From positions 3,224-67,223 of the forward strand of contig JACPGB010000016.1 of the NCBI GenBank assembly GCA_016182655.1: 64,000 nucleotides of DNA, in the 5' to 3' direction. This DNA comes from Deltaproteobacteria bacterium. GTDB taxonomy: Bacteria > Desulfobacterota > GWC2-55-46. Numbering within the stretch: the stretch's first letter is position 1; each line of letters begins with the position of its first letter. The notes beneath the pieces are model-generated. The model saw only the letters and a program-made list of their open reading frames with translations, searched no databases and was not told the DNA's origin. The translations under genes were made by a program, and so were the position numbers. Below are positions 26,939 through 36,155 of the stretch, in pieces.

Positions 26939-27715
26939 TTACCATATCTTCCATGGCGCCTGGTCCGTTTCCCATAGCTTTTCAAGGAGGCGCTTGTCCC
27001 TTAACGTGTCCATGCACTGCCAGAACGAGGCGTGGTGGAAGGCCATGAGCTCTCCCTCCCTTGCGAGCGCCTCCAGGGGCTCCTTCTCCCACTGTGTCTC
27101 GTCCCCGTCTATGTACTGGAAGACCTCGGGTTCGAGGACGAAGAACGCGCCGTTTATCCACCCCTCGGCCGTCTGCGGTTTCTCGGAGAACTCGGAGACG
27201 CGCGACCCGTCGAGCTTCAGATGCCCGAAACGGGCCGGAGGCCTGACGGCCGTAAGTGTCGCGAGTTTTCCATGCGACCTGTGGAAAGAGAGGAGCGCGT
27301 TAAGGTCGACGTCGGCCACCCCGTCACCCCAGGTGAGCATGAAGGTCTTGTTCCCGACCCACGTGGAGAGCCGCTTTATCCTGCCGCCGGTAAGGGTAGC
27401 CGCGCCGGTGTCCACGAGGTCGACGGTCCAGTCGGGGACGTTCCCTCCGGAGAGCTCCACCTCTCCGGTCCCCATCTTCACGGTCATGTTGCTGTTCAGC
27501 GCGGAGTACTCCTTCATCCAGCGCTTTATGTACTCGCCCTTGTAGCCGAGCGCGATCACGAAGTCCTTGAAGCCGTAGCAGGCGTAGTACATCATGATGT
27601 GCCAGAGTATCGGCCTGTTGCCGATCTCTACCATCGGCTTCGGTTTCAACTCGGTCTCTTCCGAGAGGCGGGAGCCGACCCCGCCGGCAAGTATCGCTAT
27701 CTTCATCTCACGCAC
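26939..27715 (-). CDS. rfbF: glucose-1-phosphate cytidylyltransferase
   Basis: LAGGVGSRLSEET..KPKPMVEIG, TGGRIKR, TWGDG, FWQCMDTLRD. Confidence 0.92.
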   Translation of the reverse strand: MREMKIAILAGGVGSRLSEETELKPKPMVEIGNRPILWHIMMYYACYGFKDFVIALGYKGEYIKRWMKEYSALNSNMTVKMGTGEVELSGGNVPDWTVDLVDTGAATLTGGRIKRLSTWVGNKTFMLTWGDGVADVDLNALLSFHRSHGKLATLTAVRPPARFGHLKLDGSRVSEFSEKPQTAEGWINGAFFVLEPEVFQYIDGDETQWEKEPLEALAREGELMAFHHASFWQCMDTLRDKRLLEKLWETDQAPWKIW

Positions 27716-27724
27716 CTCGTTCGT

Positions 27725-28879
27725 TTATTGGACGCCCTTCGGCTCCGCGCTTGCGACAGGCGCGGCCGCGGCCGGGATGACCGTGTCTTTCGCGCCCCAT
27801 TCCGGAGCGAAGGAGTTGTTGAGCTGAAGGAAGCTTTTTTTAAGGTTCCAGTTGGCGCAGGTACTGTGGTAGCAGTTGCGGCAACTCGCGGGCATGAGCC
27901 TGGCGTCGTTAACGGAGAGCCTGATGTTCTGCATGTCCTTCGAATTCCATGCGTCCTCGGGTGTCCTGAAGTCCTTTACGCTTAAGAGCCTTTCCGCCGA
28001 CGATTGGCAGGGCCTTACGAAGGTGTCGCTTCCGATGTAGAAGTCACGCCACGGGAAGGCGCAGGGCTTGTGGGCGAGGTCTCCGGCGTCGGACTCGCCC
28101 TGCAGTTCCGGGAGTTTCAGATAGATGTTCAGCCTTTCGGCCGCCTCGCGCGCTTCAATGAAGTGTCTTTTTACGAGTTCCTGCCTGTCAAAGAGCGTAT
28201 CCTTGCGGAGGCCGTCGTTGAAGATGGTCAGGTATACCGCCTTCACCTCGGGCACGCCCATCTCATAGGCGAGGCGGACCATCCCCGGGAGCTCGTGGAT
28301 GTTCCTCGCCATCGCCGTGAAGACGAGGTTCACGTACGGGTAATCGAGGTTCCTCCGCTCCTTTTCCAGCAGGATCCGCTTTATCGAGCGGACCTCCCGC
28401 TTGAGGTCTCCGCCCTTCCTTATGGAGTCGTTCGTCCCGGGCGTCACCCCGTCGAGCGAGACGGCTATGAGGTCGACGTGGTGTTCGAAGACGCTCTCCA
28501 TTATCTTCGGGAGCGTCGAGCCGTTGGTGACGAAGTACTTTCGAAGGAGCGGGAAGGTGTTCAGGTACTCGAGTATCTCCGGGAGCTTCGGATGGAGCGT
28601 CCCTTCGCCCCAGCCGTGGAGGGTAGTCTCCTCCGCGAACTGGAAGAAGGACCTGAAGGACTTTATGACGGAGACGGGCAGGTCGGAGGTCTTGAAGTCC
28701 GCGGATTCCCTCCCGCACATCACGCACTGGAAGTTGCACTTGTTGGTGAGCTCGAATACTATCCTCCTCGGGTACGATTCAAGGACGGTCTTACCAGAGG
28801 AGCATTCGACGTGGTTCTTCTCGCTGTTCCGCTTTTGCGCCTCGCCAAGCGGCGTTTTGAATAGCCTCTCTGTCTTCAT
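27725..28879 (-). CDS. radical SAM protein with SPASM/twitch domain
   Basis: CNFQCVMC (CxxxCxxC), GWGEG, CAFPW...PC...CRNC. Confidence 0.9.
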   Translation of the reverse strand: MKTERLFKTPLGEAQKRNSEKNHVECSSGKTVLESYPRRIVFELTNKCNFQCVMCGRESADFKTSDLPVSVIKSFRSFFQFAEETTLHGWGEGTLHPKLPEILEYLNTFPLLRKYFVTNGSTLPKIMESVFEHHVDLIAVSLDGVTPGTNDSIRKGGDLKREVRSIKRILLEKERRNLDYPYVNLVFTAMARNIHELPGMVRLAYEMGVPEVKAVYLTIFNDGLRKDTLFDRQELVKRHFIEAREAAERLNIYLKLPELQGESDAGDLAHKPCAFPWRDFYIGSDTFVRPCQSSAERLLSVKDFRTPEDAWNSKDMQNIRLSVNDARLMPASCRNCYHSTCANWNLKKSFLQLNNSFAPEWGAKDTVIPAAAAPVASAEPKGVQ

Positions 28880-28946
28880 GTCGACCTCGCCTTTGTTTTT
28901 GGTGCGGACTTCGGAGACGGCGCCGGCCCTTCGGGCGTCCGTTTTC

Positions 28947-29855
28947 TCACGTCGTTTTTCTTACGATGATCTGCGAGGGCAGAGACCCCATCTCGAGCGC
29001 AAGTCTCTTCCATCTGTTGGCGAACATCCGCGCTATCAGGTAGTAGCAACGCGCCTTCGATTGCTTGTCGAGAGCGAGCCCCCTTATCGCCGAGAGGTCC
29101 TCGACAAGGAGCCTCCAATTGGGGAGCACGACCTTCGGGCGGGTAGTGGTGTCGTACCACCTGGCCCTCTCCTTGTAGGAGTTTATCTTGGGAAGCATGA
29201 CGGTCGAGGCCTTCGGGTGAATACGCCTGAAGTAGAGCTTTTTAGGGACCTGCCGGAACGGACCCGCGAGGAGTATCTTTGTGAGGAGCACCTGGTCGTT
29301 GGCTATGTATCTTCCGAAGAGACCGGTACGGGAGAGCACCTCCCTCCTCGTGACGCCGAAGATCGCCCAGAATATGTCGTTTGACCGCGCCTCCATGGCG
29401 ACGAACCGCTTGAGCCTCGCGGCCGGGTTTTTTTCGGTGATGCTCAGGTCTCCGGTCTCAGTCGAGAGATAGATGCCGTTCGCGTCCATGTAGGTCGTCT
29501 CAGGGAAGGCAAGGACGCATCCCGGGTCTGCATTGAGGACGCTTATGCACTCGGAGAGGTACTCCGGGGAGATAAGGTCGTCGTGCGCCGCCCATTTGAA
29601 GTACCTGCCGCGCGAGAGCTCGAATGTCATGTTGTAGTTGAGGGTGGCGCCGAGGTTTACGCCGTTCCTGTAGTACCTGACGCGCTTGTCCATGGAGGCG
29701 TAATCGAGGCATATCTCGCGCGTCCTGTCGGTCGACGCGTTATCCGAGAGTATGAGCTCGAAGTCCTCGAACGTCTGTCCGAGTATCGACTTTATCGCCT
29801 CTTCGACGTATTCTTCGCCGTTGTATATCGGCAGTCCCACGCTTGCTTCCGGCAC
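28947..29855 (-). CDS. GT2 glycosyltransferase
   Basis: SVGLPIYN, SDNASTD, WAAHDD; start reassigned to GTG 29855 behind GGAGGAG. Confidence 0.9.
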   Translation of the reverse strand: MPEASVGLPIYNGEEYVEEAIKSILGQTFEDFELILSDNASTDRTREICLDYASMDKRVRYYRNGVNLGATLNYNMTFELSRGRYFKWAAHDDLISPEYLSECISVLNADPGCVLAFPETTYMDANGIYLSTETGDLSITEKNPAARLKRFVAMEARSNDIFWAIFGVTRREVLSRTGLFGRYIANDQVLLTKILLAGPFRQVPKKLYFRRIHPKASTVMLPKINSYKERARWYDTTTRPKVVLPNWRLLVEDLSAIRGLALDKQSKARCYYLIARMFANRWKRLALEMGSLPSQIIVRKTT

Positions 29856-29872
29856 GCGGTCTCCTCCGTTGT

Positions 29873-31090
29873 TTATGCCGAAATGAAAGACTTTCTCTTT
29901 AGATACCCCCTTCGCACGATCCTCCGCGCGGTCCCAAGGACCGCTCGGACCTTCTCTTTTGTCCCGAGCGGCTTCCATAGGCGGCGTAGAAAAAAACCGT
30001 TAAAGGCGGGCGAGGGGAGGGTGAAGACCCTGAAGGCGAGGAGCCTTCCCCAGAGCGCGGATTTTTTTTCAAGGAGGTTCGGTTGCGCCGCGGCTATCGC
30101 CCCCTCATTCGAGCGCTCGAGCTTCAGGTATCCCGCCCTTATCGCGCCCTCGACTATCTCCTGCCCCCTCATGGTCCTTGCCAGGACGATGGAGCGGCCC
30201 ATTCCGCCATCCTCCCTGTGCCATGCGTCGCCGCAGGAGATATCGGCGAACTCTCCGGTGCCGTCGGGGCAGAGATGGCACCTGTAGGGGCGGTATTTCT
30301 GGAGGAACGACCAGGCCTCCCTGTAGGAGACCTCAAGCGGAGCCCCCTTGATCCTCGCGCTGAAGACACCCGGCCAGCCGCGCCCCCTGTATCTGATCTC
30401 TCTCGCGTCCGCAACTTCGGCTCCGAGGCTATTGATGAGCTCGGCGGTCCCTTTGGTAGATGGCGTACCGGCGCAGAATAACGCAACCGAGGCCCCGGCC
30501 TTCTCTTTCAGCGCCGGCCTTATCCCGGCGGCCTTACGCAACGCCGCCGCGTCGCACGGCTTGCCGATAAAAAGGGATGGTCTTTCGGCCGATTCGATAA
30601 GCCCAAAAGAATCGCAGGGCGAGGCAGGGGAGTACCTTGAGCCTGCCCTCGCCAGCAACTCCTCGCGCGAAGCGCTGTAATGGGTCTTGTTGGAAAGCGC
30701 CGTATCCCCGGCCCCGGTGTGGAGGACGCCCACGAACCCGAGCTCTTCCATGCAGTAGAGCGCGATGGCCGTCGCCGCGCCCCCCGAGGAGCCCCTGAAT
30801 CGGACCTCCTCGTCGATGGCGTACCCCTCCCAGACGCTCAATATCGGCCCCCATTTCTCGAAGGCGCCGTTCGCGCCGCCTTGCGGCAAGGAGCGGGATA
30901 ATCCAATGCCCGGGCAGACCTGAAGGCAGTCGGTACAGTCTCGGCAGTCACCTTCCGCGACAAAGGGCCTGATCCCGTCGTCGAATACGTCCTTGAGAGA
31001 GACCAACTTGTCCCTGCACGCGTAAGCGCACGCGCCGCACCCGGCGCACAGGCGCCACTCGGCGACATCCCTTACGGTCTTAAGCCTCAT
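29873..31090 (-). CDS. FrhB/FdhB-family (F420 hydrogenase beta-like) Fe-S protein
   Basis: CAGCGACAYAC, CRDCTDCLQVCP, SSGG, GSRY, GKPC, CHLCPD, ADISCGDAW. Confidence 0.88.
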   Translation of the reverse strand: MRLKTVRDVAEWRLCAGCGACAYACRDKLVSLKDVFDDGIRPFVAEGDCRDCTDCLQVCPGIGLSRSLPQGGANGAFEKWGPILSVWEGYAIDEEVRFRGSSGGAATAIALYCMEELGFVGVLHTGAGDTALSNKTHYSASREELLARAGSRYSPASPCDSFGLIESAERPSLFIGKPCDAAALRKAAGIRPALKEKAGASVALFCAGTPSTKGTAELINSLGAEVADAREIRYRGRGWPGVFSARIKGAPLEVSYREAWSFLQKYRPYRCHLCPDGTGEFADISCGDAWHREDGGMGRSIVLARTMRGQEIVEGAIRAGYLKLERSNEGAIAAAQPNLLEKKSALWGRLLAFRVFTLPSPAFNGFFLRRLWKPLGTKEKVRAVLGTARRIVRRGYLKRKSFISA

Positions 31091-32367
31091 GCGCGTCTCA
31101 AGAGTTGCGAGTAGAGCCTTTCAAGGTCGCCGGTGACCTTGTCCCACGTGAAATTCCTGAGCACCCGGCCTCTGCCGGCCTCGCCCATCGATCTTCTGAG
31201 CCTTTCGTCCTTAAGTAGCCGTATGACCGCGTCAGCAAGGCTGTTTTCGTCCCCGGGTCTCACGAGTATGCCGGTCCTTCCGTCGTCGACGACCTCGCGT
31301 ATCCCCCCGGTCTTTGTGGCCACGACAGGAAGTCCGGCCGACATCGCCTCGACGATCGGCATCCCGAAAGACTCGGATAAAGAGGCGTTCACGAAGACGT
31401 CGGAGGCCCCGTAAAACCCGGAGAGCGCCGAGTGCGGTAGATTGCCGATGAAGCGGACCTTGTTCTTAAGGCCCTCAGGGAGCATCGATTCAAGGTGGTC
31501 CTGATACCCGGACATGTAAAACCGCTCAAGCGCCTTTACGCTCTCGTCGTTAGATAGTCCGACGATGTATTCGATGGGCGTCACGGCCTCGGGGCCTATT
31601 ATGTCGAGCGATGTCCCGGGGAACTCCCTGCTTATCCTCTCGAAAGCGCTTAAAAGGACATGCACGCCCTTTTCCGGGGATACGCGCGACACGAACAGAA
31701 GCCTCGGCCCGGTATTTTTCAAGGCCCTCGTACCGTGAAAAGGGAAGAGCGCAGGGTCGACTCCGTTATGTACCGTGTGACACCTGCCAGAGAGTTCCGG
31801 GAAGGCATCATTGATACCGTCTGTTAAAAAACCACTGCAACCGATGATGGCGTCTGCCTTTTTTATGCACGGCCGGATCGCCTCGGGGGATATTTCCGTA
31901 AGCCACGCGCCGTGCATGTGGAGGATTATGCGGGCGGACGGGTTGAAGGCCCTTACCACCGGGACGAACTGGGAAAAGCTGTGTATGTGTATTGCGTCGA
32001 AACGCTCCTGCCTGAGGTCGAGGGCGGTTTTAAGGATATACGGATGGTAATAGAAACGTGAGCTGAACGGAGGGCGCTTGCGTCCGTAGAGAGGGAGTTT
32101 TCTTATCAGCCTGTTGAGCCTCAAGTCCCACTTTACGGGGATGCGCTTCAACCTTATCCCCGAGACCTCTTCAACCGACGGACCCGCCTCCCGGGTGCCC
32201 GTGTAGACGGTGACATCAAAACCCGAGAGCCTCCGCGCGGTCTCGTATACGCATACCCCGATGGAGGTGGGGGTCGGTGGCAGGACCACGTCCATGGGCT
32301 GAGGCAGTACGGCTATCCTGAACCCGCCGGGCTTCCGGGTGCGAGACGTTTTAAGGTCTTTCATCAC
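31087..32367 (-). CDS. GT4 glycosyltransferase
   Basis: HNGVD, RVSPEKG, ESFGMPIVEAM. Confidence 0.92.
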   Translation of the reverse strand: MMKDLKTSRTRKPGGFRIAVLPQPMDVVLPPTPTSIGVCVYETARRLSGFDVTVYTGTREAGPSVEEVSGIRLKRIPVKWDLRLNRLIRKLPLYGRKRPPFSSRFYYHPYILKTALDLRQERFDAIHIHSFSQFVPVVRAFNPSARIILHMHGAWLTEISPEAIRPCIKKADAIIGCSGFLTDGINDAFPELSGRCHTVHNGVDPALFPFHGTRALKNTGPRLLFVSRVSPEKGVHVLLSAFERISREFPGTSLDIIGPEAVTPIEYIVGLSNDESVKALERFYMSGYQDHLESMLPEGLKNKVRFIGNLPHSALSGFYGASDVFVNASLSESFGMPIVEAMSAGLPVVATKTGGIREVVDDGRTGILVRPGDENSLADAVIRLLKDERLRRSMGEAGRGRVLRNFTWDKVTGDLERLYSQLLRRA

Positions 32368-33665
32368 CGGACCTGGGAGAGGAGGGCGAGGGCGGACTCC
32401 CTTACGCCTTTCATCTCTTTTTTAAGCCTCTCCCTGATGAGGGAACGCTCCTCGAACGTCCTGTCGATTATATTGATGATCGCGTCCTTGCCCATCCTGC
32501 ACGGGTCGGCTACGCAGTCCTCCACGCCGATCGATTCCATAACGCCCATGAACTTCCTGCTGTAGGAGAGCGGCACCGCCGGGACGGATTGGGACAGCGC
32601 CGCTATGCACGCGTGCATGCGCGAGCCTATGAAAAGGTCGGTCCTTCCGATGACGTACTTTATCTCGTGAGTGTCGTACTCGCCCCGGAGGAGAAAGAGC
32701 TTCTCCCTGTATTTCTCGCTTAGCTCGCGGTAGAGGGCTTCGCAGGCGTTCGAGTCGCTCTCTTCGTTCCTCTTGCCGCCGAAGACATGGGGGATGAGTA
32801 TGACGAACGCGCCTTTTCTCCTGATGAGAAAGTCGATTATTTCCATGACGAGCGCCTTGTAGTCATGCTTTAGCCCGAACATGTTCCTCTTCGTGTACCC
32901 GCCGATGTAGAGGAGCCCGCTGACGTTCAGCCCGACGGCGACCCCGACGGCCGCCTCTCCCGGCCAGCCGTCGAGCTTGAGCTCCGCCGGTTTCGAGGGC
33001 TCAAGCAGGAAGCCGAGGTCGTACCCGAACCGCACCTTGTCCGACGGACCGCGCAGCCCCAGTATCTCTCTGGCCTCCACCATGCTGGAGTAGTCCCTCG
33101 AATACACGGCCTCGGCCCTGTCCATGATGAACCGGGCGATCGTCCTTGCGATCCCGCCCTTGAAAGGCCCGAGTGTCTGCGGGAGAAGTACGAGCCTTTT
33201 TCCCGCCGCTATCACGAGCGCCTGGGGGAGCGTCACGTAGAGGAGGCGTTCAAGCCCGTATATGTCGCTGAAGCTGTCGCCTCCGGCGACGGAGAAGGCT
33301 ATGTCGGCCTCGAAGACCTTTTTAAGGTGCGGATTCATGCGGAGCACGGCGGCCCTGAACTCCTTTAAAGGTATCATCCTCAGGGCCAGCGCGAGAAAGA
33401 GGAGCATGAGGACATGGTTCCCGAGAAAGATGTTCTTCGAGAACCTTAAGTTTACGAGCTGTACGAGGACGTTCCTGTGGTCGAGGCTCAGGTTGTACGT
33501 CGCCTCTTCCTTCCCGTAATCGAGGAGGAAGACGTCGGAAGCCGGGTATCTCCTTTTTATGCACCTTACGGCCCCGGAGGCCAGCGCGCCGACACCCATG
33601 TTCCTGGTGGAGAGGCTCGCGCCGAGGAGCAGGACCTTCGTGTTTTTTTCAGTTTGAGATGTCAT
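32364..33665 (-). CDS. polysaccharide pyruvyl transferase family protein
   Basis: NMGVGAL, GGDSFSDIYG, PQTLGPF, SRD, GSRMHACIAA. Confidence 0.88.
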   Translation of the reverse strand: MTSQTEKNTKVLLLGASLSTRNMGVGALASGAVRCIKRRYPASDVFLLDYGKEEATYNLSLDHRNVLVQLVNLRFSKNIFLGNHVLMLLFLALALRMIPLKEFRAAVLRMNPHLKKVFEADIAFSVAGGDSFSDIYGLERLLYVTLPQALVIAAGKRLVLLPQTLGPFKGGIARTIARFIMDRAEAVYSRDYSSMVEAREILGLRGPSDKVRFGYDLGFLLEPSKPAELKLDGWPGEAAVGVAVGLNVSGLLYIGGYTKRNMFGLKHDYKALVMEIIDFLIRRKGAFVILIPHVFGGKRNEESDSNACEALYRELSEKYREKLFLLRGEYDTHEIKYVIGRTDLFIGSRMHACIAALSQSVPAVPLSYSRKFMGVMESIGVEDCVADPCRMGKDAIINIIDRTFEERSLIRERLKKEMKGVRESALALLSQVR

Positions 33666-34425
33666 CGTGCGAGGGGATCTCGAGCCTCTCTCCTTTTGCG
33701 GGCTGGCCTGCTTTTATGGAAAGGACCGCGTCCATGCACCGGAGGAGCGCCATCCGGGTCTTTCCTGCGTGGATAGTCGCGCACGACGTCCTCACTGGAA
33801 GCCGCCCTTTCCATTTTGTCCGGAGGTATTCGGCCGCGGCCCAGAACTCCGAGGGGAGTTTTTTTATCGCCACGCTGTTGTGCAGGCAGATCTCGCTTAC
33901 GGCGAAGCACTTGAGTTTCCTCTGCGACGCCTCGAGGCATATATCCGTTCCGTAGAGGTGGAAGTTCGGCATGAACGGGTCGAACTTCAGCCCCGTCTCT
34001 TTCCTGAACGCGAGTATTATCTCGTCAAGCGAAACCACCTCTTTCGGCCGTCCTATCGACCCGAGCTCCCTTTTAAGGCCGTTCGAGTAGACGTGTCCGG
34101 CCTGCAGGCCGTCGGCTGTGATACCGTAGCACCCGGCGACCCCCATACGGCATCTCTTCTCAAGCGCCCTGAACTCGGAAGTAAACCTTTCGTCCCAGCC
34201 GTCCGGGAGCCACAGGTCCTGGTGGACGAAGACGATAATGCCGCCTTTTGCCTCCGCGAGCGCGCTGTTGTACGCGAGGGCGGCCGACTGGAACCCCTCC
34301 CTTATGATCATCCTGTGCGGGTGCCTCCCGGCGAATACCGGCGAGTTGAGGAGGTTCTTCCTCAGGACCTCGGCGTCATTCACCGAGACGACGAAGGTGA
34401 GCGGCTCTTTTGCGCCTTTGAACAT
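33649..34425 (-). CDS. GT2-like glycosyltransferase
   Basis: YNSAL, FVHQD, LDE, FHLYGTDICL. Confidence 0.75.
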   Translation of the reverse strand: MFKGAKEPLTFVVSVNDAEVLRKNLLNSPVFAGRHPHRMIIREGFQSAALAYNSALAEAKGGIIVFVHQDLWLPDGWDERFTSEFRALEKRCRMGVAGCYGITADGLQAGHVYSNGLKRELGSIGRPKEVVSLDEIILAFRKETGLKFDPFMPNFHLYGTDICLEASQRKLKCFAVSEICLHNSVAIKKLPSEFWAAAEYLRTKWKGRLPVRTSCATIHAGKTRMALLRCMDAVLSIKAGQPAKGERLEIPSHDDISN

Positions 34426-34434
34426 GTCAGGGCC

Positions 34435-35958
34435 TCAGGACATCCCGTCATGGCGGCTCTGGGCTATGAGCCTTGAGAGCAGGGAGTCCTTCCTGTACTT
34501 CAATATGAAGGCGCCGGCTATCGCGTAGGAGACGAGGCAGGCGAGGGCGCCTATGGTCATATGGATGACCGGGAGAGAACCGAAGATGCCGTATGTCGCG
34601 GCCCAGACACCGGCGACGAGAAGCGATATGACAGAGGGCTTCAAAAAGATCATGACGTATTCAAGGAGCCCCAGGTCCGAGGTCTCGCGTATCTGAAAGA
34701 CCTGGACGACGTGGCCGAGGAGCATGGAGGCGAGGGACGCCGCCGCGCCTCCTTCTATGCCGAAGTATCTGACGGCCGGGTATATGATGACGACGATCAT
34801 TGCCGTCCGGAGCGCTGTCGCCAGCCTGTGGGTCTCGGGCTTGCCGATTGCGAAGTAATAGGTGACTATCGGGACGTTGACTATTCTAAGGAACGACGTC
34901 GCCATGAGTATGGCGAACGGGACCGCCGCAGCTGCGTAAGGGGCCCCGTAGAGGACGGTAAGCAGTTCCCTCGAATAGAGGACGACGTAGAGGAGCATCG
35001 GGAAGCCCAGGAACGAGATCGCGGCGGTGAGCCGCAATATGAGTGTGTTGGACCTCTTTCTCTCCTCCTGCATCTCGGAGAAGACCGGCATGGCGACCTG
35101 CCCGACAAGGGTCCCGACCATCTGGAACGGGATCCTCGAGAACGCGGCGGCTATGCTGTAGAGTCCGAGCTCGGTCGGCGTGCAGAGCTTGCCTATGGTG
35201 AAGATGTCTATCTGAAGGAAGATGTTGGTGAGTATGGGAAGCCCGAAGACGCCGCGGGCGAACCTCCAAAGCGATTCCATGTGCCGCCTTTCGAACTTGA
35301 GCCCAGGAAGACAGAAGCAGAGCGCGAATGAAAGGGCGCACCTTACCGCGGCCTCTATCGTGTACCCGGCGACAAGGGCCCATTCGCCCGGTACGAAAAA
35401 GACCAATAGCACGGTCGAGAATATCCCGGCGCCCGCCGAGCCGAGATTGATGGCCACCCAGGGCTTGAAGTCCATGTCCTTGAACGCGACGTAGAGCCCG
35501 GCGCTCTGCGCGCCGTTAAAGAGTATGCTGAGGAACGCCACACGGAGGAGCGGCGTAAGCGACGGCATGGAGTAGAAGACCGCTATCCACGGCGCGGCGG
35601 CGTAGGCGATGGCGTACAGGAATACGGAGCGCGCGAACGAGAGCCACCATGCGGCGTTAAGGAAGGTCTCTTCGTGCCCGTCCGGGTTCTGCACGACGGC
35701 GGACTTGACGCCTATGTCCGTGAAGGCCTCGAGGGCCGAGCAGGCGGCGAGCACTATGGCCATGACGCCGAAGGCCTCGGGGGCGATGACGCGCGCTATT
35801 ATCATGTTCCTCGCGAGCCTCATCAATTGCTCCACGCCGGAGCCCGCGCCGAGCCAGAGCCCCCCGCGAGTCGCCCTCGTAAAAAGGCTCTCTCCGGAGT
35901 TAAGCTTCTCCAGTGAGGCCTTGAGGAACCTGCCCAACGGCCGTAAACCGATTTTCAT
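34435..35958 (-). CDS. wzx: Wzx flippase
   Basis: ARVIAPEAFG, TDIG, ELGLYS; about 12 hydrophobic segments. Confidence 0.88.
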   Translation of the reverse strand: MKIGLRPLGRFLKASLEKLNSGESLFTRATRGGLWLGAGSGVEQLMRLARNMIIARVIAPEAFGVMAIVLAACSALEAFTDIGVKSAVVQNPDGHEETFLNAAWWLSFARSVFLYAIAYAAAPWIAVFYSMPSLTPLLRVAFLSILFNGAQSAGLYVAFKDMDFKPWVAINLGSAGAGIFSTVLLVFFVPGEWALVAGYTIEAAVRCALSFALCFCLPGLKFERRHMESLWRFARGVFGLPILTNIFLQIDIFTIGKLCTPTELGLYSIAAAFSRIPFQMVGTLVGQVAMPVFSEMQEERKRSNTLILRLTAAISFLGFPMLLYVVLYSRELLTVLYGAPYAAAAVPFAILMATSFLRIVNVPIVTYYFAIGKPETHRLATALRTAMIVVIIYPAVRYFGIEGGAAASLASMLLGHVVQVFQIRETSDLGLLEYVMIFLKPSVISLLVAGVWAATYGIFGSLPVIHMTIGALACLVSYAIAGAFILKYRKDSLLSRLIAQSRHDGMS

Positions 35959-36118
35959 TTATATTTTTTTTGACCTCGCCGCGATGCGGCACTGAAAAAG
36001 GCCGCCGTGCGCGCATTTTTTTTGCGCGCGCGGCATAAGCCTTGGGAGATGACTTGAATTGGTTATTGATCGACGCCGGCCGGGCGGCCGGGTCGCAGGA
36101 CCTGCTTGTCGCGAAAGG

Positions 36119-36148
36119 CGCCTGTCTGCCGTTTCCGGCAGACAGGCG
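36119..36148 (-). terminator. 13-bp GNRA hairpin inside the operon (weak terminator or stability element)
   Basis: CGCCTGTCTGCCG-GAAA-CGGCAGACAGGCG on the minus strand, only a short U-run. Confidence 0.5.
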
Positions 36149-36155
36149 GGATAGA

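Noticed and set aside
25527..27545. 672-aa plus-strand ORF (likewise 36042-37451, 16393-17451, 60948-62057)
   Set aside because: Antisense shadows of well-supported genes in GC-rich DNA; no recognisable motifs
29873..31090. F420-reducing hydrogenase / methanogenesis
   Set aside because: No alpha or gamma subunits; FrhB-like genes occur in polysaccharide clusters
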